Assembly: GCA_030167145.1 (NCBI GenBank)
Contig: CP126532.1
Location: 2,490,001 to 2,522,000 of the forward strand
Length of the DNA: 32,000 nucleotides
Source of the DNA: Ktedonobacterales bacterium
GTDB taxonomy: Bacteria > Chloroflexota > Ktedonobacteria > Ktedonobacterales > JADMIN01
Reading direction: 5' to 3'
Position 1 is the first letter of the stretch; every line of letters starts with the position of its first letter. The position numbers and the translations under genes were made by a program. A model generated the notes under the pieces. The model was not told the origin of the DNA. It made no database searches and worked only from the letters and a program-made list of their open reading frames with translations. This document shows positions 1 through 7,934 of this stretch, piece by piece.

Positions 1-2224
1 CAGCGAGCAACTCGTGGTTGCCGCCCTGCGCCTGCTGCAACTCGCGATACGAGCGCAGCACCGCGTCCACCACGCTGGCCAGCCGCACCGGGCTGGTATG
101 CAGCTCGAAGCGGCCCGTATCTAGCCGCGAGGTTTGCAGCAGCCGCTCCGCAATCTCCGCCAGCTCCTGCGCGGAGTCCGCCGCGCGGCGCAAGAAGTCG
201 CGTGCGCGGGCGTCATCGCGCGAGCCGGTATAGTCCACCAGCAGTTCCAGAAAGCCCTGCACGCCGGTCAGTGGGGTGCGTAGCTCGTGCGACGCGGTGG
301 CGATGAAATCGTCTTTCATGCGGTCGAGTTCGCGCTGCTTGCGATACGCCCGCTCCAGTTCCACGAACGTGCGCGCGTTCTCGATGGCTTGGGCGGCCTG
401 CGCCGCGAAGAGGTCGAGCAGCCAGAGGTCATCGTCGGTGAAGACGCGGAGTTCAGCGCCGTCCACCACTTCCAGCACGCCGATCACCTGACCGCGCTGG
501 ATCAGCGGCACGGCGATGATCGCGCTGGGGTCTTCCGCGTCGTAGATCGCGGCGCGGGCGGGATACAGCCGGTAGTCATCCACCAGCATACCTTTGCGCG
601 CCTGCACGACGCGCCCCGCCAGCCCCTCGCCCGCGTGCAACCGCGTGCCAGAATAGTCGTGGCGCAGCCCCTGGCTGACCAGCACTTCGAGGTCGTTGTA
701 GCGCGGCTCGCAGACGTAGACCATCCCCGCGCGGGCGCTGAGCAGCGCAATCGAGCGACGCAGGATGTCGGCCAGCAGTTCGCTGGGGTCCGCGCCAAGC
801 TGGCTGGCCACTACCAGCGATGTGGCGTGCAGCGTCATCATCTGCGCGATGCGCTCCTGCGCCACCTCCGCCACCTCTTGCGCCCGCTGCCGCGCCTGCA
901 CCAGCCGTGTCACATCCACCGCCACCACCAGCACGCCGTCCGCGCCGGTAGCGGAACCCGCCAGCGGCGAGCTGGTGACATTCCAGTAGGTCATGCCCCG
1001 GTCGGGCTGGTGAACGGGCAGTTCGGTCATCGCCTGGGCTTCCCCGCTCGTATAGGCGGCGTCGAGGCGCAACATGGTGGCAAAGCCAGCGGCGCGTTCC
1101 GGCAGCACGTCGTCGAGCCGCCGGTCGGTGAGCGACAGCTCACTATCCAACCCCAACAGCAGATTGAAGGTGGGATTGGATAGCGCGAAGGTATGCTCCG
1201 CGCCGGTCAGCACCGCCACCGCGACCGGCGTATGGCGCACCACGGTCTGCGACAGCGCCTCCTGACTGCGCGAGTAGCTGAGCAGGCGATCACGGTCGGC
1301 GGCCAACGCGGTGAGATCGGCGAGTTCTTCGAGCGTTTGCAGGTGGCGCGCGTTCAGCCGTGTCTGCGCGCCCACCGCCAGCACCCCGAAGAACTGCCCT
1401 CGCGCCCGCAACGGATACGCCGCCAGCGTGCCAAGCGCCGTGGGCGACGCAAGCGGCAGCGGCGCGGCGAGCCGCTCCACCCACTCGCCAGTGAGCGCGG
1501 GATCGGCGGCATCGCTATAGACGATGGGACGACGCGCGGCGGCGACCTCGCGCACCAGTTGCCCAGCGGATGGCGCGCTGCGCGGGAGCCACTCACTGCC
1601 AGCCTCAAGCGCGCCGCTGCCCTCCGCTCCGATGGCGCCATGCGCGCGAAGCGAGGTCGCATCAGCCCGCAGCCGTAGCGCGGGCGCTAGCTCTTCGCCG
1701 CCGATGCGGCCCCGCGCGCTGGCCCACGGCGCGAGATCGGCAATCCACAACTGCGCCGTGGCGGGCGCGAGCGTGGCGGCGAGCGTGGCAGTGAGCGTGC
1801 GCGCGGCTTCGTCCAGGGCGCCATTGAGCAGCGCCAAACGCAGATCGGGCAGCGCGGGCGTCAGCAGATCAGGCGGCGGCAGCGTGGGGCGCAGTTCCGA
1901 GGTGATGCGCGCTCGCTCCACCAGCCCCAGGATGGCGCTCTCGCGGGCGCGTCCGCGTCCCCCTGCGCGGCGGGTACGCTTGGGCGCGCTCGCATCAGCG
2001 GCATCCACTGCGGCAGCAGCAGACGTGGGCGGCGGCGCGGTGTGGCGCGCACGCGACCGCGCGGCGCGTGGTTTCGGCGTGGTGGGCGTAGGCGCGGGCG
2101 AAGGCACGGTGGGCAGCGGCGTCGCGGCGGGCGTGGGCGTCGCGGCGGTCGGCGGTTGGGGAGTCTGGTTGGCAGCGGCGGCGGATGCGCGCCGTCCGCC
2201 GCGTTTGCGTGGTTCTTCGGTCAT
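1..2224 (-). CDS. Sensor histidine kinase (GAF-PAS-GAF + HisKA); the C-terminal ATPase part runs off the left edge
   Basis: Not in the ORF track because its stop lies outside the window. Reverse translation from the ATG (complement of 2222-2224) reads MTEEPRKRGGRRASAAAANQ..., a Pro/Ala/Thr-rich N-terminus. GAF-like blocks follow (..ADILRRSIALLSARAGMVYV..GEGLAGRVVQARKGMLVDDY..). The H-box is DDFIATASHELRTPLTG, with the His codon at the complement of 287-289. The + ORFs 287..1183 and 1524..2432 are Arg/Ala/His-rich antisense shadows. Confidence 0.8.
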   Translation of the reverse strand, partial: MTEEPRKRGGRRASAAAANQTPQPPTAATPTPAATPLPTVPSPAPTPTTPKPRAARSRARHTAPPPTSAAAAVDAADASAPKRTRRAGGRGRARESAILGLVERARITSELRPTLPPPDLLTPALPDLRLALLNGALDEAARTLTATLAATLAPATAQLWIADLAPWASARGRIGGEELAPALRLRADATSLRAHGAIGAEGSGALEAGSEWLPRSAPSAGQLVREVAAARRPIVYSDAADPALTGEWVERLAAPLPLASPTALGTLAAYPLRARGQFFGVLAVGAQTRLNARHLQTLEELADLTALAADRDRLLSYSRSQEALSQTVVRHTPVAVAVLTGAEHTFALSNPTFNLLLGLDSELSLTDRRLDDVLPERAAGFATMLRLDAAYTSGEAQAMTELPVHQPDRGMTYWNVTSSPLAGSATGADGVLVVAVDVTRLVQARQRAQEVAEVAQERIAQMMTLHATSLVVASQLGADPSELLADILRRSIALLSARAGMVYVCEPRYNDLEVLVSQGLRHDYSGTRLHAGEGLAGRVVQARKGMLVDDYRLYPARAAIYDAEDPSAIIAVPLIQRGQVIGVLEVVDGAELRVFTDDDLWLLDLFAAQAAQAIENARTFVELERAYRKQRELDRMKDDFIATASHELRTPLTGVQGFLELLVDYTGSRDDARARDFLRRAADSAQELAEIAERLLQTSRLDTGRFELHTSPVRLASVVDAVLRSYRELQQAQGGNHELLA

Positions 2225-2609
2225 AGACGCCCCCTGGTCTTTTCGGGTCTTCTTGGGTCTTCTTGTGAACTGGCGCCACCGTCGCCGTGTGCGCAGCGCG
2301 GCAGCCGGGAGAACCGCACGCTGCACTGTAGTGTACGCAGCGCGGCTGGCGCTGGTCAATGTGCGCCGCCCTTTGCGCCAGAGTCTCTCGCCTCCAACCC
2401 GCGACGGCGGGTTGCGCGGCCAGCGGCCATAGAGGCGCGGTTTCAACCGCCCGCTCCGCGCCGCCCTTTGCGCCCTCTATGCTGAAGAAGAACGTATCAG
2501 GCGTCGAGAGATCACATCAGGTGTACGGGTGGGGGATAACAAAAGAACGGTGGAAAAGAGAAGCGGCTGGCAGATCGCGTGATCTGCCAGCCTGCGTTGC
2601 CATCAATAC

Positions 2610-4229
2610 CTAGCGCACGTCGTAGACGTAGAGCGTGTCGCCGTCGCTCTGCGCCCAGACGACGGCAGTTGCGGTCGTATCCGCGAAGGCGGCGGAGGCG
2701 ATCTGGCGCTCGATAGCGGCCGCCGCGCTGTGGCGCAGATCGTAGGCGTGGGTGTGCGCGTCGCTCGCCCAGACCAGCAGCGGACCGGCGGCGTCTACGC
2801 TTGTGACATCGGCGCGGGGCGCTACCTGCCACTGATGCCCATTACTCAGGGTCATCGCTTCCAGCGAGCCGTTGAGCTGCCTCAGCGTCTGCGCTTCCAC
2901 ATCCGGGGTCACGCCCGTCATCGTCGTCGCCATACCGGCGAGCGCCGTGGACGAGACATCCACCCAGGCCAGCGTGCCACTGGCCGCCGACGGATGAAAC
3001 GCCGTCTGGTCGGGAACGACCTCGCTGGTGTGGCCCGCGCTGTCGCGCTGCCAGATGGCGCTCTGCAATCCGGCGGCGCTGTCGAACGAGACATCGGCCC
3101 AATAATAGGAGCCATTCTCCGCCGAGGGGTCGGTCAGCAGGTGGCCGGTAGCGCTGGTCTGGCTCAGCACGCTGGTGACGGGCGTGCCCGACGCGAGATC
3201 CACGCGCAGCAGCACGCCGTCGCCGCTGGCGTTCGCGCCCGCGATCAGCACGCCGTCGCCGCTGGCCCAGACGCCGCCGAGCGTGGTCAGCGTGTCGCCG
3301 GATGTGGACGCGCTATCCAGCAGCGTCAGCGGAGCGGTCTGCGTATCGTCCGGCGCGGCCAGGCTGCGCGCGTTGAGGGTCCAGTGTGCGCTGGAGGCGC
3401 CCGCGCCGGTGAGCCAGATGGCCCACGAGTTGGTGAGCGCGCGGATCGAGACCTGATCCGCCACGGGCATCGCCAGCAGCGGATAGGCCCGTTGATCGCG
3501 GCGGCTTTCGGCGAAGACCATCTGCTGCCCGGCGGCATCGAGCGCGCTATACACCAGCCATGTGCTGCTGGCCAGCGCGCTGGTGGCGGCGATGTAGCGC
3601 GCGGCGACGGGATACTGCGCGATATGCGGCGTGGTGTTCTGTGGCGCGGTGTTGCGCTGGTCGTTGCCGTTGCCGACGCTCGCGGCCTGCTGGCCGAACG
3701 CGCCGCCACCGAGCAGCGGGGCGACCCGTGTCATCAGCAAGGTGATGGCGATAGCGGCGGCGGCGGCCAGCGCGAAACGCGGCGCCATGGCGATGCGGCG
3801 GGCACGGCGCGCGCCACTGGCAGAGCGCACGGCGGGTAGCTCAGGGTTGGTGGCCTGGCGGCTGAGCCGGGCAATGGCTGGCGCGACCTGGCGCTCTTCG
3901 GCGCGGATGGCGGCGAAGACGCGCTCGCGGAACGCTGGCGGCGCGCTCAGCGTGGGCAACTGGCGAATGTGCTCGCCCGCCTCACGGTAGGCGGCCTCGC
4001 GCTGGCGGCAGTCCGCGCAGGTGGTGAGGTGCTGGGTGAGGGTGGCGAGGTCGCCGGGTGTCCACTCGTCGCGGCGATACGCCGCGAGCAGCGCACGGAC
4101 CCGCGCGCAGTCGCCGCTTACCCGCCGATTTCCTGCTGGTAGAGCGTTATGAAACGTTCGCGCGCCCGCATGAGCCGCATCTTCACGGCTGAAGCGCTGA
4201 CGTTGAGAACTTCCGCGATCTCCTGGCAT
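2610..4229 (-). CDS. Anti-sigma factor (zf-HC2-like N-terminus, single TM, large extracytoplasmic domain)
   Basis: 539-aa ORF. It has a putative zinc-finger anti-sigma motif (..LLAAYRRDEWTPGDLATLTQHLTTCADCRQREAAYRE..) and one hydrophobic span (RFALAAAAAIAITLLMTRVAPLL). The C-terminal domain is a Trp/Ser/Ala/Thr-rich repeat-like region. It lies immediately downstream of a sigma gene. The only in-frame ATG/GTG/TTG start I can find is the ATG at 4227-4229, which overlaps the sigma gene by 112 nt. Confidence 0.7.
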   Translation of the reverse strand: MPGDRGSSQRQRFSREDAAHAGARTFHNALPAGNRRVSGDCARVRALLAAYRRDEWTPGDLATLTQHLTTCADCRQREAAYREAGEHIRQLPTLSAPPAFRERVFAAIRAEERQVAPAIARLSRQATNPELPAVRSASGARRARRIAMAPRFALAAAAAIAITLLMTRVAPLLGGGAFGQQAASVGNGNDQRNTAPQNTTPHIAQYPVAARYIAATSALASSTWLVYSALDAAGQQMVFAESRRDQRAYPLLAMPVADQVSIRALTNSWAIWLTGAGASSAHWTLNARSLAAPDDTQTAPLTLLDSASTSGDTLTTLGGVWASGDGVLIAGANASGDGVLLRVDLASGTPVTSVLSQTSATGHLLTDPSAENGSYYWADVSFDSAAGLQSAIWQRDSAGHTSEVVPDQTAFHPSAASGTLAWVDVSSTALAGMATTMTGVTPDVEAQTLRQLNGSLEAMTLSNGHQWQVAPRADVTSVDAAGPLLVWASDAHTHAYDLRHSAAAAIERQIASAAFADTTATAVVWAQSDGDTLYVYDVR

Positions 4230-4954
4230 GAGAACCCTTCGTGCTCGTAGAGCAGCAGGCAGGTGGCATACTTGGCGGGGAGACGCTTGAGTACGCTCTC
4301 GACGATCTCCCGGTCGGCCACCCGCTGCTCGAAACGGCCACCGTCATAGCCGCCAGAGAAGGCCCCAGCCGCCGCGGTCAAATGCTCCTCGGCGCTTTGC
4401 TGCTGGTAGGTGGAGTCCGCGCCGGGCATGCCCGCGCCAACGCCACGGTCTTCGTTGAAGAGCGATAACGGCAGCCAATTGATTAAGCGCCGTCGGCGCA
4501 GCGCATCGGTCGCCGTATTTGAGGCGATGCGATACAGCCACGACGAGAGCGCGGCAGCTTGAATAGTCGTGCCGCCAGCGAGCGCGCGATAGGCTTTGAC
4601 GAACACATCTTGCGCAAGGTCATAGGCTTGTTCGCGGTTGCCCACCAGCCGGTAGACGAAATTGATAATCGGCGTCTGAAAGCGCGTGAAGATCTCCTCG
4701 AAATCATCCACGCCGACGACTGGGCCACTCTCCACCGGCGGCCCGCTCGGCTCAGGGGCGGCGAAAGGGAGTTCACCCTCCGCCACCGCTGCGGGAGCGG
4801 GATATTCCTCCGCGACGGATTTGGGCGCGGTTCGCCTGGCGCCGCCCGCTGTTTTGCGCGGCTGCGCGGCCTCAGGCCGTTTCGCGGGACGGGTCGCGCG
4901 CGGTCGCGCGTGTTCTGCCCCACTTGAGTTGTACAGACGAAGCGGCTGTTCCAT
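4118..4954 (-). CDS. ECF-type (sigma-70 family) RNA polymerase sigma factor with a Pro/Ala-rich N-terminal extension
   Basis: Region 2 signature IINFVYRLVGNREQAYDLAQDVFVKAYRAL. Region 4 HTH LLLYEHEGFSCQEIAEVLNVSASAVKMRLMRARERF. The start codon is uncertain because the upstream SD is weak. Confidence 0.85.
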   Translation of the reverse strand: MEQPLRLYNSSGAEHARPRATRPAKRPEAAQPRKTAGGARRTAPKSVAEEYPAPAAVAEGELPFAAPEPSGPPVESGPVVGVDDFEEIFTRFQTPIINFVYRLVGNREQAYDLAQDVFVKAYRALAGGTTIQAAALSSWLYRIASNTATDALRRRRLINWLPLSLFNEDRGVGAGMPGADSTYQQQSAEEHLTAAAGAFSGGYDGGRFEQRVADREIVESVLKRLPAKYATCLLLYEHEGFSCQEIAEVLNVSASAVKMRLMRARERFITLYQQEIGG

Positions 4955-5018
4955 CGGTTACACCACTGAACCTCGTGGGATTGCCGGATACGAGCGCGCG
5001 AGCCATATCTCGCGCGAC

Positions 5019-5043
5019 GGGCGTCCGCCGGACGCCCCTACGG
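5019..5043. repeat. REP-like palindrome GGGCGTCCG-C-CGGACGCCC (+CTACGG)
   Basis: Perfect 9-bp arms around one central base. The same unit recurs at 5332-5427 (x3) and 12312-12330 (GGGCGTCCGGTGGACGCCC, one arm mismatch). A compensated variant sits at 24636-24654 (GGGCGTACG-C-CGTACGCCC). Half-site copies are at 20438-20459 and a degenerate copy at about 22327-22346. Confidence 0.85.
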
Positions 5044-5310
5044 AAAGGGTGGAAATTTGGGTTGGCAGCGCAGATGCGGCACTCTGGCAGACAAGAACGT
5101 CTGCCCCACTGGTAGGACAAACATGCTTGTCTGTCGGCCCAGGAAGGAGGTGGGTAAGCATGTCCGCCCCACCGCTGGTCTCCGGCATGGCCGTGGCTGC
5201 TGCTGGCTGCTCCCCCAGTATACCAAACGGGTCGCATATTGCATTGTGTATCGCCCACTACTCCTATTCGCCCACACGGGTCGCCCATGCGGCGGACGGT
5301 GTGCCGCCGC

Positions 5311-5438
5311 CCGCCGCGACACCCATCCGCAGGGGCGTCCGGCGGACGCCCGCCGCGACACCCATCCGTAGGGGCGTCCGGCGGACGCCCACCGCGACAC
5401 CCATCCGTAGGGGCGTCCGGCGGACGCCCGCCGCGAGC
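5311..5438. repeat. 39-bp tandem repeat, about 3.3 copies, each carrying the GGGCGTCCGGCGGACGCCC palindrome
   Basis: Units run 5311-5349, 5350-5388 and 5389-5427, plus a partial unit. The consensus is CCGCCGCGACACCCATCCGTAGGGGCGTCCGGCGGACGC with 1-2 substitutions per unit. It produces the 13-aa periodicity seen in the overlapping spurious ORFs on both strands. Confidence 0.9.
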
Positions 5439-5554
5439 CGAACCAGTAGTCCGGGACGTTTGTCTCAGTGTGACATGTGATGCTATACTTTGTATAGTAT
5501 TGGATGGTTTCACGTGAAACCCGCGAAACAACGAACGAGAGGAGTCCGGAATTC

Positions 5555-5833
5555 ATGTCCGCACAGCAACCTGCGGAGCACGCGATTATGATGTATTCGA
5601 CCACCTGGTGCGGCGATTGCCGACGCGCGAAGCGTGTCTTCGCGGCGCTGGGTGTGCCATATACCGAGATTGATATCGAGCAAGACCCAGCGGCGGCGGA
5701 GATGGTGAAGAAGGTCAACGGCGGAATGAGCAGCGTGCCGACGATTGTCTTCCCCGATGGCAGCGTGCTGGTGGAGCCGTCGAACGCGGCGCTTGAGGCA
5801 AAGCTGGCGCCGTTCACTGAGAAGGCCAGTTGA
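5555..5833 (+). CDS. Glutaredoxin-like / mycoredoxin-type small redox protein (CxxC)
   Basis: MSAQQPAEHAIMMYSTTWCGDCRRAKRVFAALGVPYTEIDIEQDPAAAEMVKKVNGGMSSVPTIVFPDGSVLVEPS matches the thioredoxin-fold glutaredoxin/NrdH/mycoredoxin layout, with WCGDC and the ..VPT(I/V)xFPDG.. block. The internal ATG at 5555 is preceded by GAGAGGAG about 10 nt upstream. Confidence 0.8.
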   Translation: MSAQQPAEHAIMMYSTTWCGDCRRAKRVFAALGVPYTEIDIEQDPAAAEMVKKVNGGMSSVPTIVFPDGSVLVEPSNAALEAKLAPFTEKAS

Positions 5834-6029
5834 GACGGGCGGCGCGGCATGTGGTCGGTGGGTGGCGTTCGCCATCCACCTGCACCACAAGACGCGCGGA
5901 GCATCACCGCGAGCGCTACACAGGCCCTTTTGGGCTATCCACTATCTATCCACTTTTTATTCGCCGTCGCTGATTGCCGCTCGTGCGAAGCAGTGGCGCG
6001 GCTGGTGGCCAGCATCCGCATAATAGCCG

Positions 6030-6197
6030 CATCCCAGCATGAATGCCGGGGCTAATCCCGTCCGCACGCCTCCCTTGTTCTTCACCGGCCGCACACTCGC
6101 CACCGGATTCCTCCTGGCATTCATGCCACCTGCCCGTCCCACGCCCATCTCGCCCTCCATCACTCCCCACATCCGCGATTACCCGTGGCATTCATGC
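6030..6197. mobile_element. MITE-like element, copy A (about 21-bp terminal inverted repeats GCATGAATGCCRSGGNTAATC)
   Basis: The left end is TCCCAGCATGAATGCCGGGGCTAATC (6030-6055). The right end is GATTACCCGTGGCATTCATGC (6177-6197), which is the reverse complement of GCATGAATGCCACGGGTAATC. An extra internal GGCATTCATGCC sits at about 6113-6124. No ORF. Confidence 0.5.
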
Positions 6198-6472
6198 TAC
6201 GTCCTCACCTCAGCGCCCATCGCGCCCATCGCGCGAATTCGGCCATTCCTGGCCGACCACCTACCCCTACAATCCTTGCACATATCGAATAAATGTTCTA
6301 TACTGTCAACCAAACACGGTGAGCCGTAGATCCGGCGCCGCGCACCCTCCCTGGGCAATACCCACATGCCCCACGGAACCGCGCGGCGCTTTCTCTTTGC
6401 CCACCGCATGTGTACCGCTGTACCGCCGCCGTCTCGGCGGCCCATCTCGCTACCAATCAGGAGGTTCCATCT

Positions 6473-7825
6473 ATGTCCGCCATCCGTGCCTACCCGACCA
6501 ACATCACCCCCGCCGATCCGACCGCACCGACCGCGCAACCCGTTCGGGCGGCATCCCCCGCGCACCTTCAGCCCACGCCAACCGCCACAACCGACCCTAC
6601 TGCCCTCGCCGACGCCTACCACGCTCTCGACTACACCGACCCCGCCAGCCTCTACGCCTTCTTCCACTCCCTCCCACCGCATCTCGCCGCCGCCCTCGAC
6701 CACCTCGACACCCTCGACCCCGACGACCACGCCACCCAGGACGCCGACCACGCCTTCGCCCAACTCCTCGCCCAGGAACTCTACACCGCCACCTCTGACA
6801 AAAAATCGGCAGCATCGGCAACTCCCCAACCCACCATCACCCCCGCCGTTGTAGGGGCGATGCCCGCATCGCCTGCTGGATCGCCCTCTCGCACCCCACC
6901 CACCCTCCGCGCGCACATCGAAAAATCGGCAGAATCGGCAACTCCCACCCCCATCACCACTGCGACTCCCCCTCCAACCACCACCGCCACCGCAACCACC
7001 ACCGCCGATACCACCGGCATTCATGCCACCGCGCCCGTGCTCCGGCCATTGATGGCCGAGGCTGCCACCACGCCCGTGCTCCGGCCATTGATGGCCGAGA
7101 GCGCCGAGAGCGCCGAGAGCGCCCGCACCCCTCATATCCCCCACGCCCCCCATCCCGACCGCATCCCCCTGCGCGACCAAGCCTTCGCCCTCCACTGCCA
7201 CGGCCTCCGCGCCCCCGCCATCTCACAACAACTCGGCGTCCCCCAGCGCACCATCCGCGCCTGGATCGCCGCCATCCAGGACGAGATCCGCGCCGATTCT
7301 CTCCACACCTACACCAACCAGCTCACCACCGCCCTCGAAGGGCTACGCCAACTCCTCGCCGCCGCCTGGGCAGGCTACGAAACTGACGCCGCCCTCCACC
7401 ACTCCCTCATCGCCCAAGCCTTCCCCACCACCCCACACGAAAAATCGGCAGAATCGGCAACTCCTCACCCCCTCCCCGACGCGGGGAGGGGGCCGGGGGG
7501 AGAGGTCCGCCCGCCCCGCATCCCCTGCCGTCCCGACGCCTACCTGCGCGTCGCCCTCAACGTCCAGCGCCAGATCATCCGCCTCCTCGGCCTCGACCGC
7601 CCCCAGCGCACCCCATCACCCTCATCCTCACAAAATCAAAAATCGGCAGAATCGGCAACTCCCTCTCCAGCCCGCGTAGGCGGGCTTCGCGGCGGCACGC
7701 CATCCAGGCGCGGTTTCAACCGCCAGCCCGCGCTCACCCATCGCGAACGTCGCCGACTCCTGCACGCCACTCTGCCCTCCCCTTCCCTCGCAGGGAAGGG
7801 GCCGGGGGTTAGGTCCGCCACTTGA
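6473..7825 (+). CDS. HTH DNA-binding protein resembling a phage/mobile-element small-terminase-like protein; the ORF is heavily infiltrated by repeat units
   Basis: A strong SD (AGGAGG, 6459-6464) sits 8 nt before the ATG at 6473. The protein-like core is ..IPLRDQAFALHCHGLRAPAISQQLGVPQRTIRAWIAAIQDEIRADS.. (HTH). It also contains ..AYLRVALNVQRQIIRLLGLDRP.., a motif typical of small terminase / mobile-element DNA-binding proteins. Large parts of the ORF are Pro/Thr/Ala low-complexity sequence or translated dispersed repeats, so the exact product is uncertain. Confidence 0.5.
   Translation: MSAIRAYPTNITPADPTAPTAQPVRAASPAHLQPTPTATTDPTALADAYHALDYTDPASLYAFFHSLPPHLAAALDHLDTLDPDDHATQDADHAFAQLLAQELYTATSDKKSAASATPQPTITPAVVGAMPASPAGSPSRTPPTLRAHIEKSAESATPTPITTATPPPTTTATATTTADTTGIHATAPVLRPLMAEAATTPVLRPLMAESAESAESARTPHIPHAPHPDRIPLRDQAFALHCHGLRAPAISQQLGVPQRTIRAWIAAIQDEIRADSLHTYTNQLTTALEGLRQLLAAAWAGYETDAALHHSLIAQAFPTTPHEKSAESATPHPLPDAGRGPGGEVRPPRIPCRPDAYLRVALNVQRQIIRLLGLDRPQRTPSPSSSQNQKSAESATPSPARVGGLRGGTPSRRGFNRQPALTHRERRRLLHATLPSPSLAGKGPGVRSAT
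7025..7120. repeat. 39-bp tandem duplication carrying the palindrome CGGCCATTGATGGCCG, followed by (GCCGAGAGC)n
   Basis: Units are 7025-7063 and 7064-7102. The palindromes lie at 7043-7058 and 7082-7097. The same palindrome occurs in the other orientation at 12351-12366, with a variant at about 15587-15602. Confidence 0.85.
7466..7508. repeat. GC-rich foldback repeat (CCCCTCCCCGACGCGGGGAGGGGGCCGGGGGGAGAGGTC family)
   Basis: Related copies sit at 7775-7816 (CCCTCCCCTTCCCTCGCAGGGAAGGGGCCGGGGGTTAGGTCC) and, inverted, at 22268-22315 (GACCTAACCCCCGGCCCCTTCCCTCGTAGGGAAGGGGAGG..). Confidence 0.8.
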
Positions 7826-7934
7826 CCGCCAGCGCATTTCATCTCATAATGCGACGTGCCGGTGTAACACGCATGTACCGCCGCTGGGATGGCGGCACAT
7901 GATGACCGTGCGCTGTTCGGCCAGAAGGAAATGT

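Larger units (their letters stand above)
6801..7662 (+). repeat. 25-nt motif AAAAATCGGCAGAATCGGCAACTCC, 4 direct copies (6801-6825, 6921-6945, 7440-7464, 7638-7662)
   Basis: Each copy contains two ATCGGCA half-sites 9 bp apart. Copy 1 has one substitution (GCA for GAA). All copies share one orientation and one reading frame (K-S-A-E/A-S-A-T-P). I saw the motif nowhere else in the window. Confidence 0.9.

Noticed and set aside
287-2432. Long + strand ORFs 287..1183 (298 aa), 1193..1678 and 1524..2432 (302 aa)
   Set aside because: Their Arg/Ala/His/Gly-rich composition is typical of the antisense frame of a high-GC gene. The minus strand encodes a coherent GAF/PAS/HisKA kinase across the same span.
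5311-5438. CRISPR array (39-bp repeated palindromic units)
   Set aside because: The units are directly contiguous with no spacers. There are only about 3 copies and no cas genes in the window.
4686-5907. ORFs 4686..5480 (+, 264 aa), 4872..5531 (-, 219 aa) and 5038..5907 (-, 289 aa)
   Set aside because: They read through the REP palindromes and the 39-bp tandem array, giving 13-aa periodic GRPPDAPT-type sequence. They also overlap the well-supported glutaredoxin-like gene on the other strand.
6197-7201. ORF 6197..7201 (-, 334 aa) and other Gly/Arg-rich minus ORFs opposite the HTH gene
   Set aside because: They are poly-Gly/Arg low-complexity antisense shadows. The + frame has a strong SD and a recognisable HTH core.
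6801-7662. CRISPR-like array from the four 25-nt repeats
   Set aside because: The spacings are irregular (95, 494 and 173 nt). The repeats are shorter than typical CRISPR repeats and lie in frame within an ORF. No cas genes are present.
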